A stretch of DNA of 64,000 bases from Antedon mediterranea (lineage: Eukaryota > Animalia > Echinodermata), in NCBI RefSeq assembly GCF_964355755.1, contig NC_092677.1:23919175-23983174 (forward strand), given 5' to 3'. The notes under the pieces are model-generated. The model was not told where the DNA came from and made no database searches. It worked only from the letters and a program-made list of their open reading frames with translations. Positions 1 through 16,000 of this stretch are shown one piece after another (position 1 is the stretch's first letter; each line of letters begins with the position of its first letter). Both the position numbers and the translations under genes were made by a program.

Positions 1-2865
1 GCATGATTTTGTTATTGTATCACACGATATATATCCAACCAAACAAATGAGTTTGTACTCTACGGATTATATTACTTTATAGCTGGTTATACAGTAATCA
101 TATCGAACCTCAATCTGCAGAAATCCATTGGTTATTAAATATGTGAATGACATAGAAAAGTGAGACGGGATCACAATATCTTCCTACGGAAGCTTTTACA
201 ATGCAATACTGTGTTAGGTGGTATTAGCCTTGTTTAAGTTCATATACCTTTTAACTGTTAATACCTGTAACTATGAAAATCCCTTTCTCCGATCAGTGCG
301 TTTGCCAAAAATAGATAGACGACAGGTGTGGTACAATAGATAGAGTTTTGTTTCAAAGAATATTTTGATGAATATGAATAATATTAAGTTTTAAAATGGA
401 ATGTTAGTAAAGGGTGAATGACTTATATATCTAGGTTTGTTGGTCTATATAACAGTTTATTCTACTGTGCATTTATTTGCACATTATGTTGTTGATAAGA
501 CTTTATAGGCAAATTGAAGGGGTCCTTCGACCCCTCCCAACTTCAGAAAAACAAATGTTTATTTTTACGCACTCCTCAGGGGTAAATGTTTGACTGGCCG
601 GCTCTGAAGAAAGAAATGTGCCTTAGCTTTATCAGCAGTTGTGTAATTCATTTAATTAATGGCAAAGAAATTTGATATAAGTCGTTTTTTTTTATGTTGA
701 AGTGAGGGGGAACATGGGTATAGTTGGTACAGTACCATACTACAGTCTCTACCACCACTTTGTGAAAAGCTTTTATAGAACAACGAAGGCAGAATACATT
801 GTGCAATGTCAATTGAATATAAGATAAACATAAACCAGACAATACGACTAACAGCATTTGAAGTAAGACCTAGGGTTAGAGCCTATAGGGAGTTCATATC
901 GCGAAATCAGAGCAGTCCTATGGGTTTACTTAGCATAAAAAATCACGCTTATTTCATTACCGTGATATATGAGATGAACATCGTTACTGGTATCACATTA
1001 ACACTGTCGTAATCGTTCATATTTTGAAACATTACTGTGTAATTATATATCACCCATTAGCATCATTGGATGATATATGCACGATCTGCCTAAAACAATA
1101 TACGAAAATTAAATTAAATCGAACATATTAGGCCTACAGGTGTTGAAGTAGTAAATAATTAACATGTTAGAGGTTTTAAAGTGCCAGTAATTACCTATGA
1201 TCTCTCGTTATATAACGGTGACATTACATAATTCTAGCTGAATATATTATTTTAATATCGGCAGTAGAACCTTTCTTGGTACACCCGTACGCAGAGTTCT
1301 CATGAAACGGGAGTTCTCACTTCCAGCCCTAAGAGAGGACACCCCTTTTAAGTTGACGGGGGATACTTGGAAGTGGGTCAAATTTTGGTCAATTCAACCC
1401 CATTACGGGAACACTATCTTTCCGGAACACAAAAAAAGATCAAAATAATTAGAATCTATTTAGATGGTTATTTTTTTATAATACTAATTGATATAAAATT
1501 CTATCTTCGTTCACTGTCAAAATTGACGCATTGACTCCTTGAATATGAGGCATTCAATCTGTAATAGCAAGGGAACTTCAACCTTTACATGATGATATCA
1601 CCACGTTTCCATTGTTTGTGTAGGCCTACTTTTTCAAAAGCTTTAGCACAGGCAGCACAAAAATTGGAGAAGTATTTTGGTCAAATAAGGGCCGTTCTGG
1701 GCTCGAAACATAACTGTTCGTGGGTCACAAGCAGGAGGCAAATATGTTATATACCCACACCCAATATGTTTCAAATTTCAATAAAACCAATCAGTGAAGG
1801 ATCCAGAATGTCTTATTCTTAACAAAAATGTTAAAACAATAAACACAGTTTAAATTTTTATTTGTTCATTTTGAAATATTTCATTGATTTTTCCCCTCCC
1901 GTGAAAATCCCGCCTTTTGCGTGGACGATTTTGGTTGGTTAGTGTCCCTTAAAATGAAAATGTGCTGCGGTCCCAAAGTTGTCCTCTTAATAGGGGTTCT
2001 CTTATTTCTATATGGGAATAATAAAAATTGAATATTATGACAGTCAGACTTTTTGCTTCAAGGTTTTGACGCTTTGTTCTTTTGAAGCGCGACAGGCGTC
2101 TCGCGTTTTGCCTGGCGATATCTTCAACTCCTTGGTTCATCATAAAAATCCAGGCCGTTTAATTAAGCTCCGAAAGATAACACCGCGCAAATGACTGATT
2201 CATTATAGCCAACTTTCTCTCCATTTGGTACGTTTCTAGTGTCAAACACTTTCTATTCCCTTACGTTGCAATCAAATATCTATTTCAAATGATTTTACAA
2301 TATTAAATTCGTGAGTTTCTTAAGTAATAAATCACAAATTTATTGTGTTTTAACGGCGTGGGTTTTTTCACAGTATATGCTTTTCTGGCTAAAAGGTTTG
2401 GTCTAGGTAAAATAAGTAGATTGTAATAACTTAGGGTAACGATTGATCTTTAGGAAAAATGATAATTCCTGATCAACGTTTATACTTATTATTCTTTAAA
2501 CATAAATGGATTTAATCAGTTTTTAATTACGTTTTATTGCTGTCTTAACTTATTTCAGGCAGGCTTACAAATTATAGAAACTTTTCTTTGTTTATTAATG
2601 TTTTTATGCTAAATATAGGCTAATTAACCAAGTGTAAAATAAATATTTTACAACTCCCTGTTATAACCTTCATTATACTAGAGGCGGGTATCTTCAAGAA
2701 GGCCCACAATCAAATGAAATCAAATCACAAACAAAAATTAGTATTATCATTTTCAAACTAAAAAAGAAAGGTTGGATGTTTTTGTTGTATTAGTAACAGA
2801 TGTTCTCACTTGATATAATTTAGTTGAAAAAAAAGTGATACAAGCACAAATTGAGTGAGTGAGTG

Positions 2866-3196
2866 AGTGAGTGGCCGAGCGGTTAAGACAGTGGAACCGT
2901 AATTACGTAGCCATAACATCGGCAGGGGTTCGAGGCTCACTCACTCCATGGTTCTGGTGGTAGAACGAGTCTTCTCGGATAAGGACTATAAACCGTAGGT
3001 CCAGTGTACACATCTAGCTCGTGTGCACTTTAAAGAACCTAGTACATCTTTCGAGACGAGTAGGGGGTTACCCCGGTGTATTAGTACATCACAGCCACTG
3101 AACACCAACTGGGCCCTCTGGGAGACCAGTCTTTGACTGAAGAGGTTACCCAGTATAAATATAAATTTCAATTCAATTCAATTCAATTCAATTCAA
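2866..3196 (+). mobile_element. tRNA-derived SINE with Deu/Nin-type central domain
   Basis: A box TGGCCGAGCGG, B box GGTTCGAGGC, central ggataaggactataaaccgtaggtcc..taaagaacc..gagtagggggttaccccggtgt resembling the DeuSINE domain, and a (TTCAA)n tail. Confidence 0.8.
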
Positions 3197-4356
3197 ATTA
3201 ATTGTGGCTGTGGAGGCGTTCGCGCACCTAATGTACTCCTTGATTTTCGTAAATGTAGGCCTATGGGAAATAATTATGTATTAATTATCCATACATAGAA
3301 TTTAAAGATAAAGTTGTCCATAGTCGCATCACTCCCTTGCAATATGCAATTTATGGAAATTGTGTACAGTATATACGTTACACCGTGCTATACATAATAT
3401 CATTTTGAAATTATAGAATGAAATTCAGACCAAGGCTTTCTAAAATCAAACACGTGACCCTTCCCCTCACTCAACTTTATAGACACTAAAATATATATCG
3501 ATAGACCAAAAAAGCATTTTTTAAATATTTTTGGTGTATTAATATGTATTTTGTATTCATCTTATACGTTTTAATATATTTTCTAGGAAAAATTACATTT
3601 TGAATTAATGACACTTTCATGGGAACATTCCCACGGGATCAGGTTACAAAATTAAAGAATAAGTATTTCATCATTCAAGGGAATTATAGGAAGTGTCGTA
3701 CTAATTAATAGACAGCGTGATATGAACTTATGATGATAGGCATAACACGTAAGCAAGACTACCTTTATACATAGTGCTTGTTCGACTTTCTTTCTGGTCA
3801 CGTGAGGTTTTTTTCCCTCTTGGAAGATATTGTTTGGTGTGCGCATGTCAGAATTATTGCGTCCGATTTCGGTTTTCGTTCCTTATTTTTATTGTGTCAC
3901 TGTCAAATTTAAAAATGTCATATTAAAGACACCGCTCTAATTGTGCAAGTGCGCTATGTCGCAAAACGTTAACGTTCGTTATGAAATTAACCAATCGTAG
4001 AATATAACGAAACGGGGAAATTATTGAAATTATAAGGAGAAACAGAAAACCGATCAATGATCAACAAAACTATGATTGTAGTTGTTAGAAATATCTGTAA
4101 CTCAGTAAAGATATTATTCTGTCTTCTGTGTGCTAGTTTCTATTGCTCTCAGTTTCTTTATATCTTACTGTATTTCTTGTTACAACAGTGATGATTTGTC
4201 TTGCTCTGATGATGTCATTTTGTTGGCTACTCGGCACATTGTGCACACTTTTAAAACAATTTCAGACCAGGCACAATACCATCTCAGCCTCACGATTGCT
4301 AGCCTAAGCGTTCATCCATCTAGATCACCAATTTCTGCGGGTTGCTCTGTTAGGAA

Positions 4357-4450
4357 ATAGGCCTACATTGTGTAGCCCTGGATAGAGGCCTACATTGTGT
4401 AGCCCTGGATATAGGCCTACATGGTGTAGCCCTGGATATATGCCTACTGA
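4357..4450. repeat. 27-bp tandem repeat, about 3.5 units
   Basis: Unit ataggcctacattgtgtagccctggat. Confidence 0.9.
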
Positions 4451-7400
4451 GTATATAAGAATTACGTCAAAACATGACGAAAAGTGGAATAAATTAACAA
4501 AATGGTGCTTTGTTACGGTATCATACGGCAAACATGTACGAACAACTTTTTGACCTTTACAATGTTGATAGCCCACATATTATTGCTGTATATATATATA
4601 TATACAGTACATGCATACGCTGCTGATATAAATGATGATTCAATTATAATTTAGTGGCAATAATGATATGCGCGCGGCGGCTAAAAAATACGTAGGCTTT
4701 GCGCACTCGTAAACTCAGTGTGTACATCTTGATGCTACTGATGCACTTGTGACTACAGTAGGCCTAGTCATTATCGTATGTGTGAATTAGATAAAGTCAA
4801 TCAATTTATTTTGGTTTTTACTTTAAAAATTGTGCTCGATCAGTTTACGTTCCATCTCTCAACCACGAAACCAGATTTTAAAAGACCCCACCCTTCTTTA
4901 CAGCCTGTATGGGGGTACCATCTCTGATAGGATTTATACACAGTTACTGAAAGAATAGCAGAGGATACTACATGGAACCTTGGCGAATTATCTTGACTGA
5001 TCTAATGCAAAATCAGAGATAAAATCCTTCCTGTAGCTATTTATATAAACAAATAAAGTGAATTGATAAGCTGCAACATCGTAAACGCTTATCTATGTAG
5101 TTATACCGTTACCGTTTTAATATCCACTCTCTCAAATCACTTGTTTCATTTTAGTTAGATTGAAATGCTTTGTCTACTCTTTTCATCTTTAATGGTGTAG
5201 ATGTATTTCGTTTTTTTATCTAGATTTTTTTTGTCTTTTATCTAGATATGCTATTTTCTTTTTACAGTAAAATTCATCGACATAAAAAAATTTATTTAAT
5301 TGACGTTATCTTAAACAAAACAATCCGTCATTAATAAAAACTCATATTTTCCTGTATAATATAGTCAGAATTAGATAGACTCTAATAAAAATGTAATTAA
5401 AACTCATCATATTCATACTAAAAACTCATAAATATATAATACGGTTTCTTGAATAATTATGGTGTCATAAATTTAATAATTTAAATTTAGAAATAATATG
5501 AATATATACACAGATTAGAAATTCCTGCGTTAAAGGGTGACTCCGGGTGTTGTATAGTATTGTTATAAAATACGAACCCTTGCATTGATAGCTAATTCCA
5601 CTGTTTTTTCCTGACAGCGGTTAAGTAAACAAGCATCGTAAAAACCTCAATGTTTGTGGTTCTCTTATATACAGTAATTCAAACTTGAAATACATTGAAG
5701 AAATATGAATAATTTCACGGAAAAAAATATCTTGGGGGAACAATAATATTGGGAGTGGTATGTTTCTTTATAATGGCTACTAAACATTATCACATAGGAG
5801 TAAGTCATCAGCCCAAGCTAAGCGGTCTAGAGACACCAGATATACGGAGCCGTTGGTACAACAAATTTTGGACAAATTAGGAAAAATTCTACATGGTATA
5901 CTTTTACTGTACCACAGACATCTAATGTTTTCGAAACAGTTGAATGGAGGTCATTGACCTCTAACTACCTGATAAACATCGGAATGTGGTCAATAATTAA
6001 CGGATTCCAATATACCTGAGCTGTATGGCCATACTTCCAGGCACACGATTACGTAATGAATAAAGACAGATGGTTTGAGACGAAACCCCAAACCCATAAC
6101 ACGCCTTGTTAGTAACGAGTAATTTATACCTTAAGGTGGTCAATGATTCGGTGGTCGATGGAAACAATGCTAGGTTTCGCAGCGCAATGACTTTCAAGCA
6201 ACGTTATCACAGCGCGCACTCTGTGTGGCGACGCTTTATTGAGAACCAAGCAGTTTGGTTCAAAATAACACCCATTTTGTCCCAATGGTAACGATTTTGT
6301 TGGAGTTGAAACCAAAAATGCAAGTACACCGTGTTTAGTTGTTAGTCATGTGTAGTTGACTTGTAGTCCAACAAAAATACGTCAAAATACGAAGAAAGAA
6401 AAATTAATTTAACAAATTAAAAAAAGACAAAATGTTATAAAGTAATTTACAATATAGTTTCATAAGAGCATGCCAATTTTTAATCAAACTACGATCAATA
6501 TTAAAAATGATTTATAATATCCCCATTAATCATTGGAACAATGGAGTTACAAATATAAATTACAATTGATAAATTAATATAATAATGATATTTACTGGAA
6601 TTGAGCAGAAAATAGAAACATTTAAAACAGATTCAACTATTCTCTATTTTTTTCTTCAAGTTTTTGTTTTTTTCAGCTAACATTGTATTAAGTTAAATAT
6701 ACTTTTTTCACGAGCGCCAACAGAAATAGAAAAAAACACTAAAATGATATAACCAAAATTAGAACAGAATTAGAAGAAATGCATATTATTGAGCATGAAA
6801 AACAGGAAATATTGTTATTGTTGAATATTTGTTATATCATGTCTCTTTGTGTTTAAATCTATTGGACACATATGTACGAGAACTGATGAACTTTTGTTTT
6901 TTTCGTTCATGAATGTTGAGAATAGGTCTTGTCATGTTATCTAAAAAATATCTTTAAAGGACCCTGGTCAAATTATTAACACACCTGAATTATTTGAACA
7001 GATTTAGGAACGAAACACTTGAAAGAACAATAGAGCCCGGATTGATTCCGTCCCGTGGCTGCGTCGTTGCATTTTCGATAAACTACGCGTATATTTTGGA
7101 AAACTCTATTCGTTCGTTCATTTCGTTGGTGAAGTTAAAATACATGTAATCAGTTCGTTCATACAATATTGGTATGACATTTTGTTGAAACAGACCGATA
7201 ACTTTGGCTTTGCTATCTATAAGGAGAAATCTGAAGAAGATAATGTTAAGATGCTACGGGAACTTCCCTGATTGTTTTAACCTAGATTCTAGAAGCACGC
7301 AGGGGAAACAATTGACACACCGTTTGATGTTATAGAAACATACTAACAAAAAAAAAGAACGCCTTTGTTAGGTGAAAGCAAACAAACACTTTTATTATGT

Positions 7401-10400
7401 ATTCCAGACAAAGTACCGAAAACGTTAATGATTTTAAGTTTGGTAAATGTAATTCATTGTTGTAGCATGGTCCTAAATTAGAGGTCCAATTTATTTATTC
7501 CATAGTTGTAGGTAATTCCTTCCTTCGTTCGTTTGTACGTGGTTTAGTTCCTTGAATGTTGTTTGTATTAGTATAGGCCTATGAGGGCGGTAACTTGTAA
7601 ATATCTCTCGTATTCAGGCACATTATCGATTAAAAGTGAAAATGGTTTTAACAAATTAATTAATAAGCTGTTAAATTGTTTTGAATATCAATATAGAATT
7701 TTACAGGTTTAATTATAACTCACCAAAATTTTACTTTTGGATGTGCAATGTTATTGTTAACAGCAAAATATCACTGAAAATCCAATTAAAACATTAAAGA
7801 TGTAAACATTTTTCCCCGTAATATTTTTCAGAATTTTGTTGTGCCTGAGTGCCGTTCAATTGTTCATTCATTCATTCATTTATTATTCAAAATCTATATT
7901 CTATTGTACGAAAATGTTGTAGGCTTAAACATGAGAGGCCCCCAACTGATAACAAAATGATTAAATGGGTTTTTTTTAAATTACAAGAAAAATCGATCGA
8001 TCGATGCCACAAAAGAGAAAACAAAAAAATAGATCTATAAATTGTGGAATGTAAGCGATATACTACTGCCTGTACTAGACTTTAGATACTGGAAATTTGT
8101 ATGTAGGCCTAATATTGCTAACTCTGTTTATACACTGTAAAATGTTCAGTTGTTTGCTCTTGTTTGATGTTGTTCAAGAGACAAATTAAGATAGGGCATG
8201 ACATCACCACACTTGATTAATACCAGTATGACATGAATGTGTGATAAGGGTTCCTTTGGTTCAAGTTATGAAACCATTTTACTTGAGGTCTTTGACTTAG
8301 GCTGGCAAACCATGCCGGGTCAGGAGGTATGCACCTATCTATTGATGAAGAATGATTTTGCGTGGCTGATTGATTCTCTTTAGATGATAATTCTAATGAC
8401 ATATCTATTCTGTCAGTGAATAATGCTTTTGCTGTTTAGCTGGTACTTGCTAACCCTGTTTGTATCGGACGGTGAAATGGTTGTGTGTATTGCCTAACCG
8501 GCCCACCAGCTAGGCCTGTCTTTATCTATCAGTGAAAAATGGCCCAGTTGCTTTTGTTCTCTCCGATTGTGTCCTTGCTGTTTTAGACATATCGTACCTC
8601 TCTTTTTCTATCGGTGTAGGTTTTTTGCGAGTTAAGCTGTTTCTGGTTAGATTTAAAAAATACACCTGCGCCATCATCAGTGCGCACGGCTTGCTTCGTT
8701 CATGATAACTTCACACCTGTGGTGTATCATCGTCAGATGTTCTTCTGGTCTCTTATTATTTGAATGTTTTATCTTGTAATCACATTAAAAGAAGAAGCGA
8801 ATTTCGTATACCGTAAAAATTAAAACCTGTCAACATTCACTGACAGCATTCACATGTTATCCGTGAGCGATAACGTCACGTGATCCGTATCTAGGAATTT
8901 CTTCTACTGGACAATTATTTTTTATATTTTACTTTGACATAACAGTAATTGTTTCCATTATTTATATAATACATAGGCCAATTATAGTTATATTTCGGTG
9001 TTTTCAAAATAATATCTGATGAACATCTTACTGTACTTAAATCAAATATATAATTTAATTCAGTGTTCTGTAATATTGACAATTTTAATAGCACCCTTGT
9101 TTCTTTTTATTAATAATCAAAACTAGTATATTTGTTTTAATATTTACTTTAGTGTTTTAATATCGTGATTAATGTATCGATACATTAATCACGTTCTACC
9201 CATTTAAAGTGAACCTTTTATGCATTGTGACTACTTAGTTTTGTTCTTGTGATAAAATTGATATCTTTAAATAGTTACAGTAATCTAGTACTGCGACGTA
9301 CGTCTCAATATAAATTCCATCAACTAGATAGACATAAATAGAATTGATAACAGATTTGTTATTTTAATTTGAAGCTTGCAAAAAGTTAAATGTCAACACA
9401 GTATTGTTGTACAGTGGCGCGGGAACAATTTTGTGGGGGAGGGGAAGTGGTATGAGAAATATGATTATGACCCGGCTAATGTTTAATACGACTTCAATTG
9501 CCACCTGTAAGTCAATAAAATAATAATAATGATAGATTTATTGTTGAGCAAAAAACTATTCAACATTTTCTGTAGGCCTAACAATTCAACAATTAAGATT
9601 AAGAAACAAAATATATTTTCTGAATAAATCATTTTCTGCGCGCCATACATTTTCGTCTGTTCTTTATGCTCTTGGAATCGTTTCAATATTTCGGTATAGG
9701 CGTGTTTATATTTTACAATATATCAGTATATTTAGGCCTACATGAAAATATTGTGTTTCTTAACATTCAATTTCTTTATTATAATCAGGGAAGAGTCAAA
9801 ATATTCTTTACTCTTTCTGAAGGGGTTATTTTATGAATTGTTGGCGTGGTCTAAATTAATTGTCTATTGACCGATAGTTAAACACGAAAGCTTCTGTTTG
9901 TTTTTTATACCACAAAGCCTACAGCTTTAAGCTTGCCAAACTGCATTCAAGTAGAATACGAGATGAAATTGCTAGGCCTATTTCCACACAAATTGTAACA
10001 CTCGCATCGTCTCTACACTTGACTTCATGGGTGGTAAAGAAATCAACCATGATTGATTGATCAAGGAGGTCACCACCCTAAACAATAATTCTTTAGCACT
10101 TATATCCAACAGTTTCATTTTTAGTTGTGAAATTATTAAAACGATAAATTCATTATTTATAAAAATGCTGTAAAAGTAAGGAGGAAAATGTAAAAACGAT
10201 AAAGAGGAAACAAACAACTTAATTGTGCAGTATAGTAAAAATTCATAGTATACTATTGAACATAATACTGTTTTTATATTGTGTTGCGTGCAGAATTAAT
10301 AATAGTAATAATACATATTTCTATACCCGATTAAAAACACCAACTAACCCAATGGAAATAATATACAGTATATTACAATGAACATTTCATTTTAAATTAT

Positions 10401-12381
10401 TTACATACATCCGGTATTTAGTGTACGGTATTAGTTTAGGTTCTAGACTGAATTTCAACTTAGAATTAATAAAAGATAAATATTTTGGCGCACATGGCGT
10501 TTTATATGTATAATACTTAAAAGATTAACCGTGTTCACACGACCAGTTATAATCATTCTACTGTATCTAGTTCTGTTGTCATTATTTATTTGTAAAAACA
10601 AGTTTCTTCAAGGGTGATTCTTTTTTCTTTAAACAGGAATGCGCAACATGCAGAATACTCAGGAACTAACAGAAAGTCCAACAATGTGTGAACGCAAGTT
10701 TATGTTATCTCACCACCCTAATACAACGTCGATACACCACACAGGCAATGTCGGTTCATACTACGCACAGTGTGAACGGACCTAATGGAAAAAGACAGTT
10801 ACAAATATAATCAAACACTTTTGTGTCATGATGCTATACACATAGTATATGAATGCGCCAAATGGAAAGAGTGAATGCTGAAAAAAAACCTTAGCGACGA
10901 TACCGGTTAAGGCACCATGCTCGTGTGAATGGGCCTTAAAGATTTAACGAAATCTACGTTAGTGGTGACTGGTCGTCATAATTGGTAGGGAGAAATCACA
11001 TTCAGATAATGTTATGCTCAATGTGAACAGACTCGACCGTAATTGAAACGCAAAAAGTAGAAAAAAGAAAACAGTAGGCCTAAAGAAGAAACATACAGTA
11101 CAGTAGTTGCTAACGATGAACCTGGCACAGTGTTTCGCTATGGGGACTGCTTTCACCAATTATCAGGCCTAGGAATTATGAAAATGTGTTTTTTAAAGGC
11201 AAAACATTACCATGTAACTAATACGTAGTTTCACAGTATTACATGTTAAGAAATGCCCAATGTTATATATTTCTTTCAATGTTGAACCCAAAACATTCCG
11301 TGTATGTAGGCGGTGATTGTGACCCTCTTTCATATTTTTAAAAGAAGGTGTTAGTTATAGATTAAAGTCAGTATTAAAATGATGATTAAAGTGTGCATTA
11401 TAATAATGCTTTACATTGGTATATAAACTATTATGTTATTTTGTTAAATCTATATTATAAAAAAGAAGAAATGTCGATGTTATATGTAATTACACATTTG
11501 CATAACTTAAAATTAAACAGATTAAAATATTTCTTAAGAGGCTATCGGTTCTCAGAATGTTTCAATATTATCATGATTATTATAAAACCAAAGACATCAT
11601 ATTACTGTATAGTGAATTTTATACTGATACGACGGATTCTATGGAATGACAACAATATAGTGTGTTTTTTTTTTAATTAGGTAGAAGTATTTTGAGACAA
11701 CACTTAATGGTGTTCGGGAGAAACAGTTTTTGAACGGTATCAATACATTGTGTTTTACAAAACAAAGTGACGTAATAGAATGTTCCGCAATTAAAAAACT
11801 ACAACAAGTAGTTTAAATATATTATTCATCGAGTATTGTAACTACAAATACAAACTGTTAAAGTAACTATTTTATATAAACTGTTAAAATTAAAGGTGTT
11901 TTTTTTTTACCAAACCTCAAATAGGTGATTTCTATCAAGGTTTTTATTACTATATTTAAAAACGTATTCTATTATCCGATTGTAATTTAGTGATTGGTAC
12001 AGCTGAGAACCAAATGTTTTGAATGTGCAGTTTAAAACTTCATATTATTATTCACGTATTTAGTCATAATGATTTTTTAAACGTCTCTAACGTCAGAATC
12101 GACGTTGACGCGTCAACAAAGTGGTGCCATTGTATATAATATATCAGCTGGTTATCGTTTATTGCGTTATCACTTATATAAGGCAAGATATAAATATTAA
12201 TTCAGTTATTTTCCCCGGGTAATTTGATTCTATTAATGAACGATCCCATGGCATTGCCATTTTCTTCACCCGTTCAAAGGGTGTGTATTATATCTCCCTG
12301 TTATTATCACTGACGATTCGAACTGAATTAGAATAAAACAATCGTGGGGTTGATGAGTTTTATGTCTGTGTATGCTTCATT

Positions 12382-12534
12382 AAGCTCCGTCTACACTTAT
12401 TAAATGTTATGTGATATGCTCATATATGGACATGATGATGTCATATCACCACCACATTTGGGCATACTACTGTACTACCATATTTGGGTACATCACACTT
12501 TTTTGGTTAAACTGTGATAGTGTAGACGGAGCTT
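12382..12534. mobile_element. MITE family A (TIR AAGCTCYGTCTACAC), full copy
   Basis: aagctccgtctacac..gtgtagacggagctt with internal CACTACCATATTTGGGCA subunits. Related copies at about 16001-16182, 20705-20831, 34075-34200, 34277-34412, 48661-49040 and 49666-49790. Confidence 0.85.
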
Positions 12535-14511
12535 TATATTGTTTTTTTAGATTTATGTAAAATATCATATGTATACCATGTGTAAACGCGTTGATGATGA
12601 TGACGTGGATTGATGTTAGATGTATGTATTTCTTTTTATGACGCATCATATCAACGGAAATTATTGAACATTATAAGAGCTTTCTTAGTTAAAATTATTT
12701 AGATTCAATTACAACTAAGCAATATATGCCGTATCAAAGTAGTAAAACTAGATTTCTTTTTCTGTGTATAGTGGCTATAGAAATAAACATAAATTTCACC
12801 AACATGACTATTTTTGTCTTTTGTTCATACTATATATCAACAAAATTCGTTTTAGACTAAAAAATTATAGACAACGTCTTACAAAAGTCAAATGGAGAAA
12901 TAAGTTAACTTACTTACTTAATGAGTAATATTATCTTTGGTAATAGTAATCAGTACAGTCTTGTTTATTTTCAATTAATTTATGTAATTTTTTTCTGTGG
13001 ACCAGCAAAAAAAAAATATTTTTAGACAATACAACAATGATGAATAATTTTATTAATTTGCCTACTAATTAAATGAGATTAAAACATCTCACAATTCATT
13101 CATTTGTTATTGATATAGAATAGGCCTATTACAATTTGACAGAGACGATAATTATATTAGTTATATTAGTTATCAATCAATTATATAAAATATAATATTT
13201 TTTATAATTATATATCTTGGTAACTTTATTTGATTTCAATCATTAAAAAAAAATTAAAAGCAAATACAAATTGATAGCAACCAAGAAACCTGAATTGGGG
13301 ATATTTTCAACATCAATTTAAATCCGCATAGGCCTACTCTTATGCAAAATGTCAAATGCTGTTGTAATAGAGCCTCTATTAACGGAACACCAAGTGTTTT
13401 TCTAATATTTCCACATGAATCAGGTTGGCCGTAATAAAACAATATTTTACATTCGTTTCTCAGAAAAGTTACCTCTCTTTTATGTCCCTAGAGAGTTATT
13501 TCCCATCGTTAGTTAAATAGGGGTGTTCCCTAAAAGGTCCCGGTAACGTTATAACTTTATTATATACAGGTCATTGGCCCGAATATAAAATACAGTATAA
13601 ATAATTTACGATAAAATAAATACTGTGTGTGTTAAATATTGCTTTCTCTTTTAACGTAAACGAACAAGATTAATGGTTTCCTTTTTACTTGACATTTTTT
13701 TATTTATCTATTTTTTTAAACATGATTAGATTATACAGGATAAAGTAATTCAGAAATAATGTGGTACAATTAGTTTTCAATAGAGTCCTGTTTAAAACAA
13801 TAACACCTTAGGCATACTTAACTAAAAAGGAAAGGTTAAACTATAGAACAATTAGGCCTAGATCAATATCGATAAGGAATATGAAAAATTAGAAAACTAT
13901 GTTTTGTAGAGGCCTACAGTAATACAATTTGAAACTATGAATGGAAGTACAGTAACATTGTTGCATTTGGATAGTTGTTTTATTCCATTAACAAAATAAA
14001 TACAGTATGCCAAATATCCAAATACCTAATTTGCATATTAAGAAAGACATACGACCAAGGCAATCCTTGTAGTAAGGTGGATGCAAACCAAATGGCATAA
14101 CTTGTATGACTGTTATTTAGCGAATCAAGCAATTAGGTATTACTGGTATTCCTACGTGGTAGGTGTGACGGATACAGGTGAGTTTTCAAGGATAATTTGA
14201 CAATTCTGGAGGACATTTTTAGGCCTAGGTATGGGTGATAAATAAGTTTGATATACGCCTAGGCCAGGGTGTGAATGATTATGACAAGGTTTACGAGGCT
14301 TAGGTGTAAATGGTCATCATGACATTTGAGTTCATTTTAAGAGGCATAGGCGGGGACACAGGTGTAAAACGGTAAACAATGTCATTTATAGTATAGAGGA
14401 GAAGAGTAAAATGTGTTACTCTTCCATGAACATAGCAACGTGTGTTTGTGAAGGTGATAGTTGGAATCACCGGCCTCCCCACGCCCTGCCCCACCTTCTC
14501 TCCTGAGTTTC

Positions 14512-14757
14512 CAGGCCTGCAATGTTGAATGTGTGGGGAAAACGCGGCGAATGTATGGGAAAACGGTGAATGTGTGGAGAAGCAATGAATGTGTGGAGAA
14601 GCGGTGAATGTGTGGAGAAGCGGCGAATGTGTGGAGATGCGGCGAATGTGTGGAGATGCGGCGAATGTGTGGAGATGCGGCGAATGTGTGGAGATGCGGC
14701 GAATGTGTGGAGATGCGGCGAATGTACGGAGATGTGGCGAAATGCATGACAGGCCTG
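14512..14757. repeat. 19-bp minisatellite (about 11 units) inside CAGGCCTG-ended, hAT-like short termini
   Basis: Unit gcggcgaatgtgtggagat, with caggcctg at both ends. No target-site duplication seen. Confidence 0.8.
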
Positions 14758-15547
14758 TAACACTTGGAATCGTCCGACATACATAATTAATAGCAATATT
14801 ATTTGTATACAGGCGTAATATATTTTGAATTTCTGTCATCTGTTGAAATGTTTTTTATGTCCCCTCTTCATGCGGTCACCTCAAATGTGGCAAATTATTA
14901 ACTCTATGGAAACCCTTCTTGACACGCATGATGAAAAGTTAACATTTACTGAAATCATAACTTGATGTTATGTATATCATACACATAACAATCCATACTT
15001 ATTACTAGTATATTTATTTTTGTATGAAGAAAATTCGTTCGTTTCTTTTATATTTACATATAACACATTTTTATCAGATACAGTATACTCTGACTATCAA
15101 ACAATATAGGCCTAAATAATACGTATAAATTACACGGGATTTTTAAAAAATTCAAACAAAGTTTATCTATTGTGAAAGACTGATATTAATCTGTTGACTT
15201 CATTATTTTGAACGAACAGTTGAAATAATACTTCTATTAATCATTCATTATGAACGAAATCAAGTAACGGATGTATTACATTCGAGAATATGGCGTAAAT
15301 TAACACTAGTAAATCATGTACAATCAGTGTGGTTGGGATTTGATTATGATTATTCTATCATATTCAGGTAAACTATTTAATTTTAACAGTATTTTCTTCA
15401 TGTATTAAAAGCTTTTAAAATTGAGAAAGATTCTGAGTCAGCGTACAAAAGGTATTCTAAATTTTAAGATTAATGGTATTATAAAAAAAAAAGATTCAAT
15501 AAATGTTATATTCAAATATTATTCCAAAAAATATTATAATATTATTC

Positions 15548-15977
15548 AAAAATTATGTAACTTTGATTTGTAAAGATCATTGTCGCCAAATAGTCATTCC
15601 TCAAAGTAAATCAATGCAATAATAGTTCCCTCTTTAAAAAAAAAATCTTTAAGTTAATAATAATAACATTATTTGCTATAAATTTACTGCTAATTAAGCC
15701 ATAAACTTTACATTTTTTATAAATATTGTTTTTTTATTATTTTTTTTACAAAAATTATGTAACTTTGATTTGTAAAGATCATTGTCGCTAAATAGTCATT
15801 CCTCATGAATCAATGCATTAATAGTTCCCTCTTCTTTAAAAAAATAAATAAATCTTTAAGTTAATAATAATAACATTATTTGCTATCAATTTACTGTTAA
15901 TTTAGACACAAACTTTACATTTTTTAAATATTGTTTTTTTATTATTTTTTTACAAAAATTATGTAACTTTGATTTGT
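15548..15977. repeat. Direct tandem duplication, unit about 203 bp, 2.1 copies
   Basis: aaaaattatgtaactttgatttg recurs at about 15548, 15750 and 15953 with near-identical intervening sequence. Confidence 0.9.
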
Positions 15978-16000
15978 TTATTATTTTTTAGACCTATATT

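Noticed and set aside
2866-2950. tRNA gene
   Set aside because: It has A and B boxes but no proper cloverleaf and continues into a SINE body and tail.
14300-14839. Overlapping 109-179 aa ORFs
   Set aside because: They arise from the stop-free 19-bp minisatellite and show no domain or splice context.
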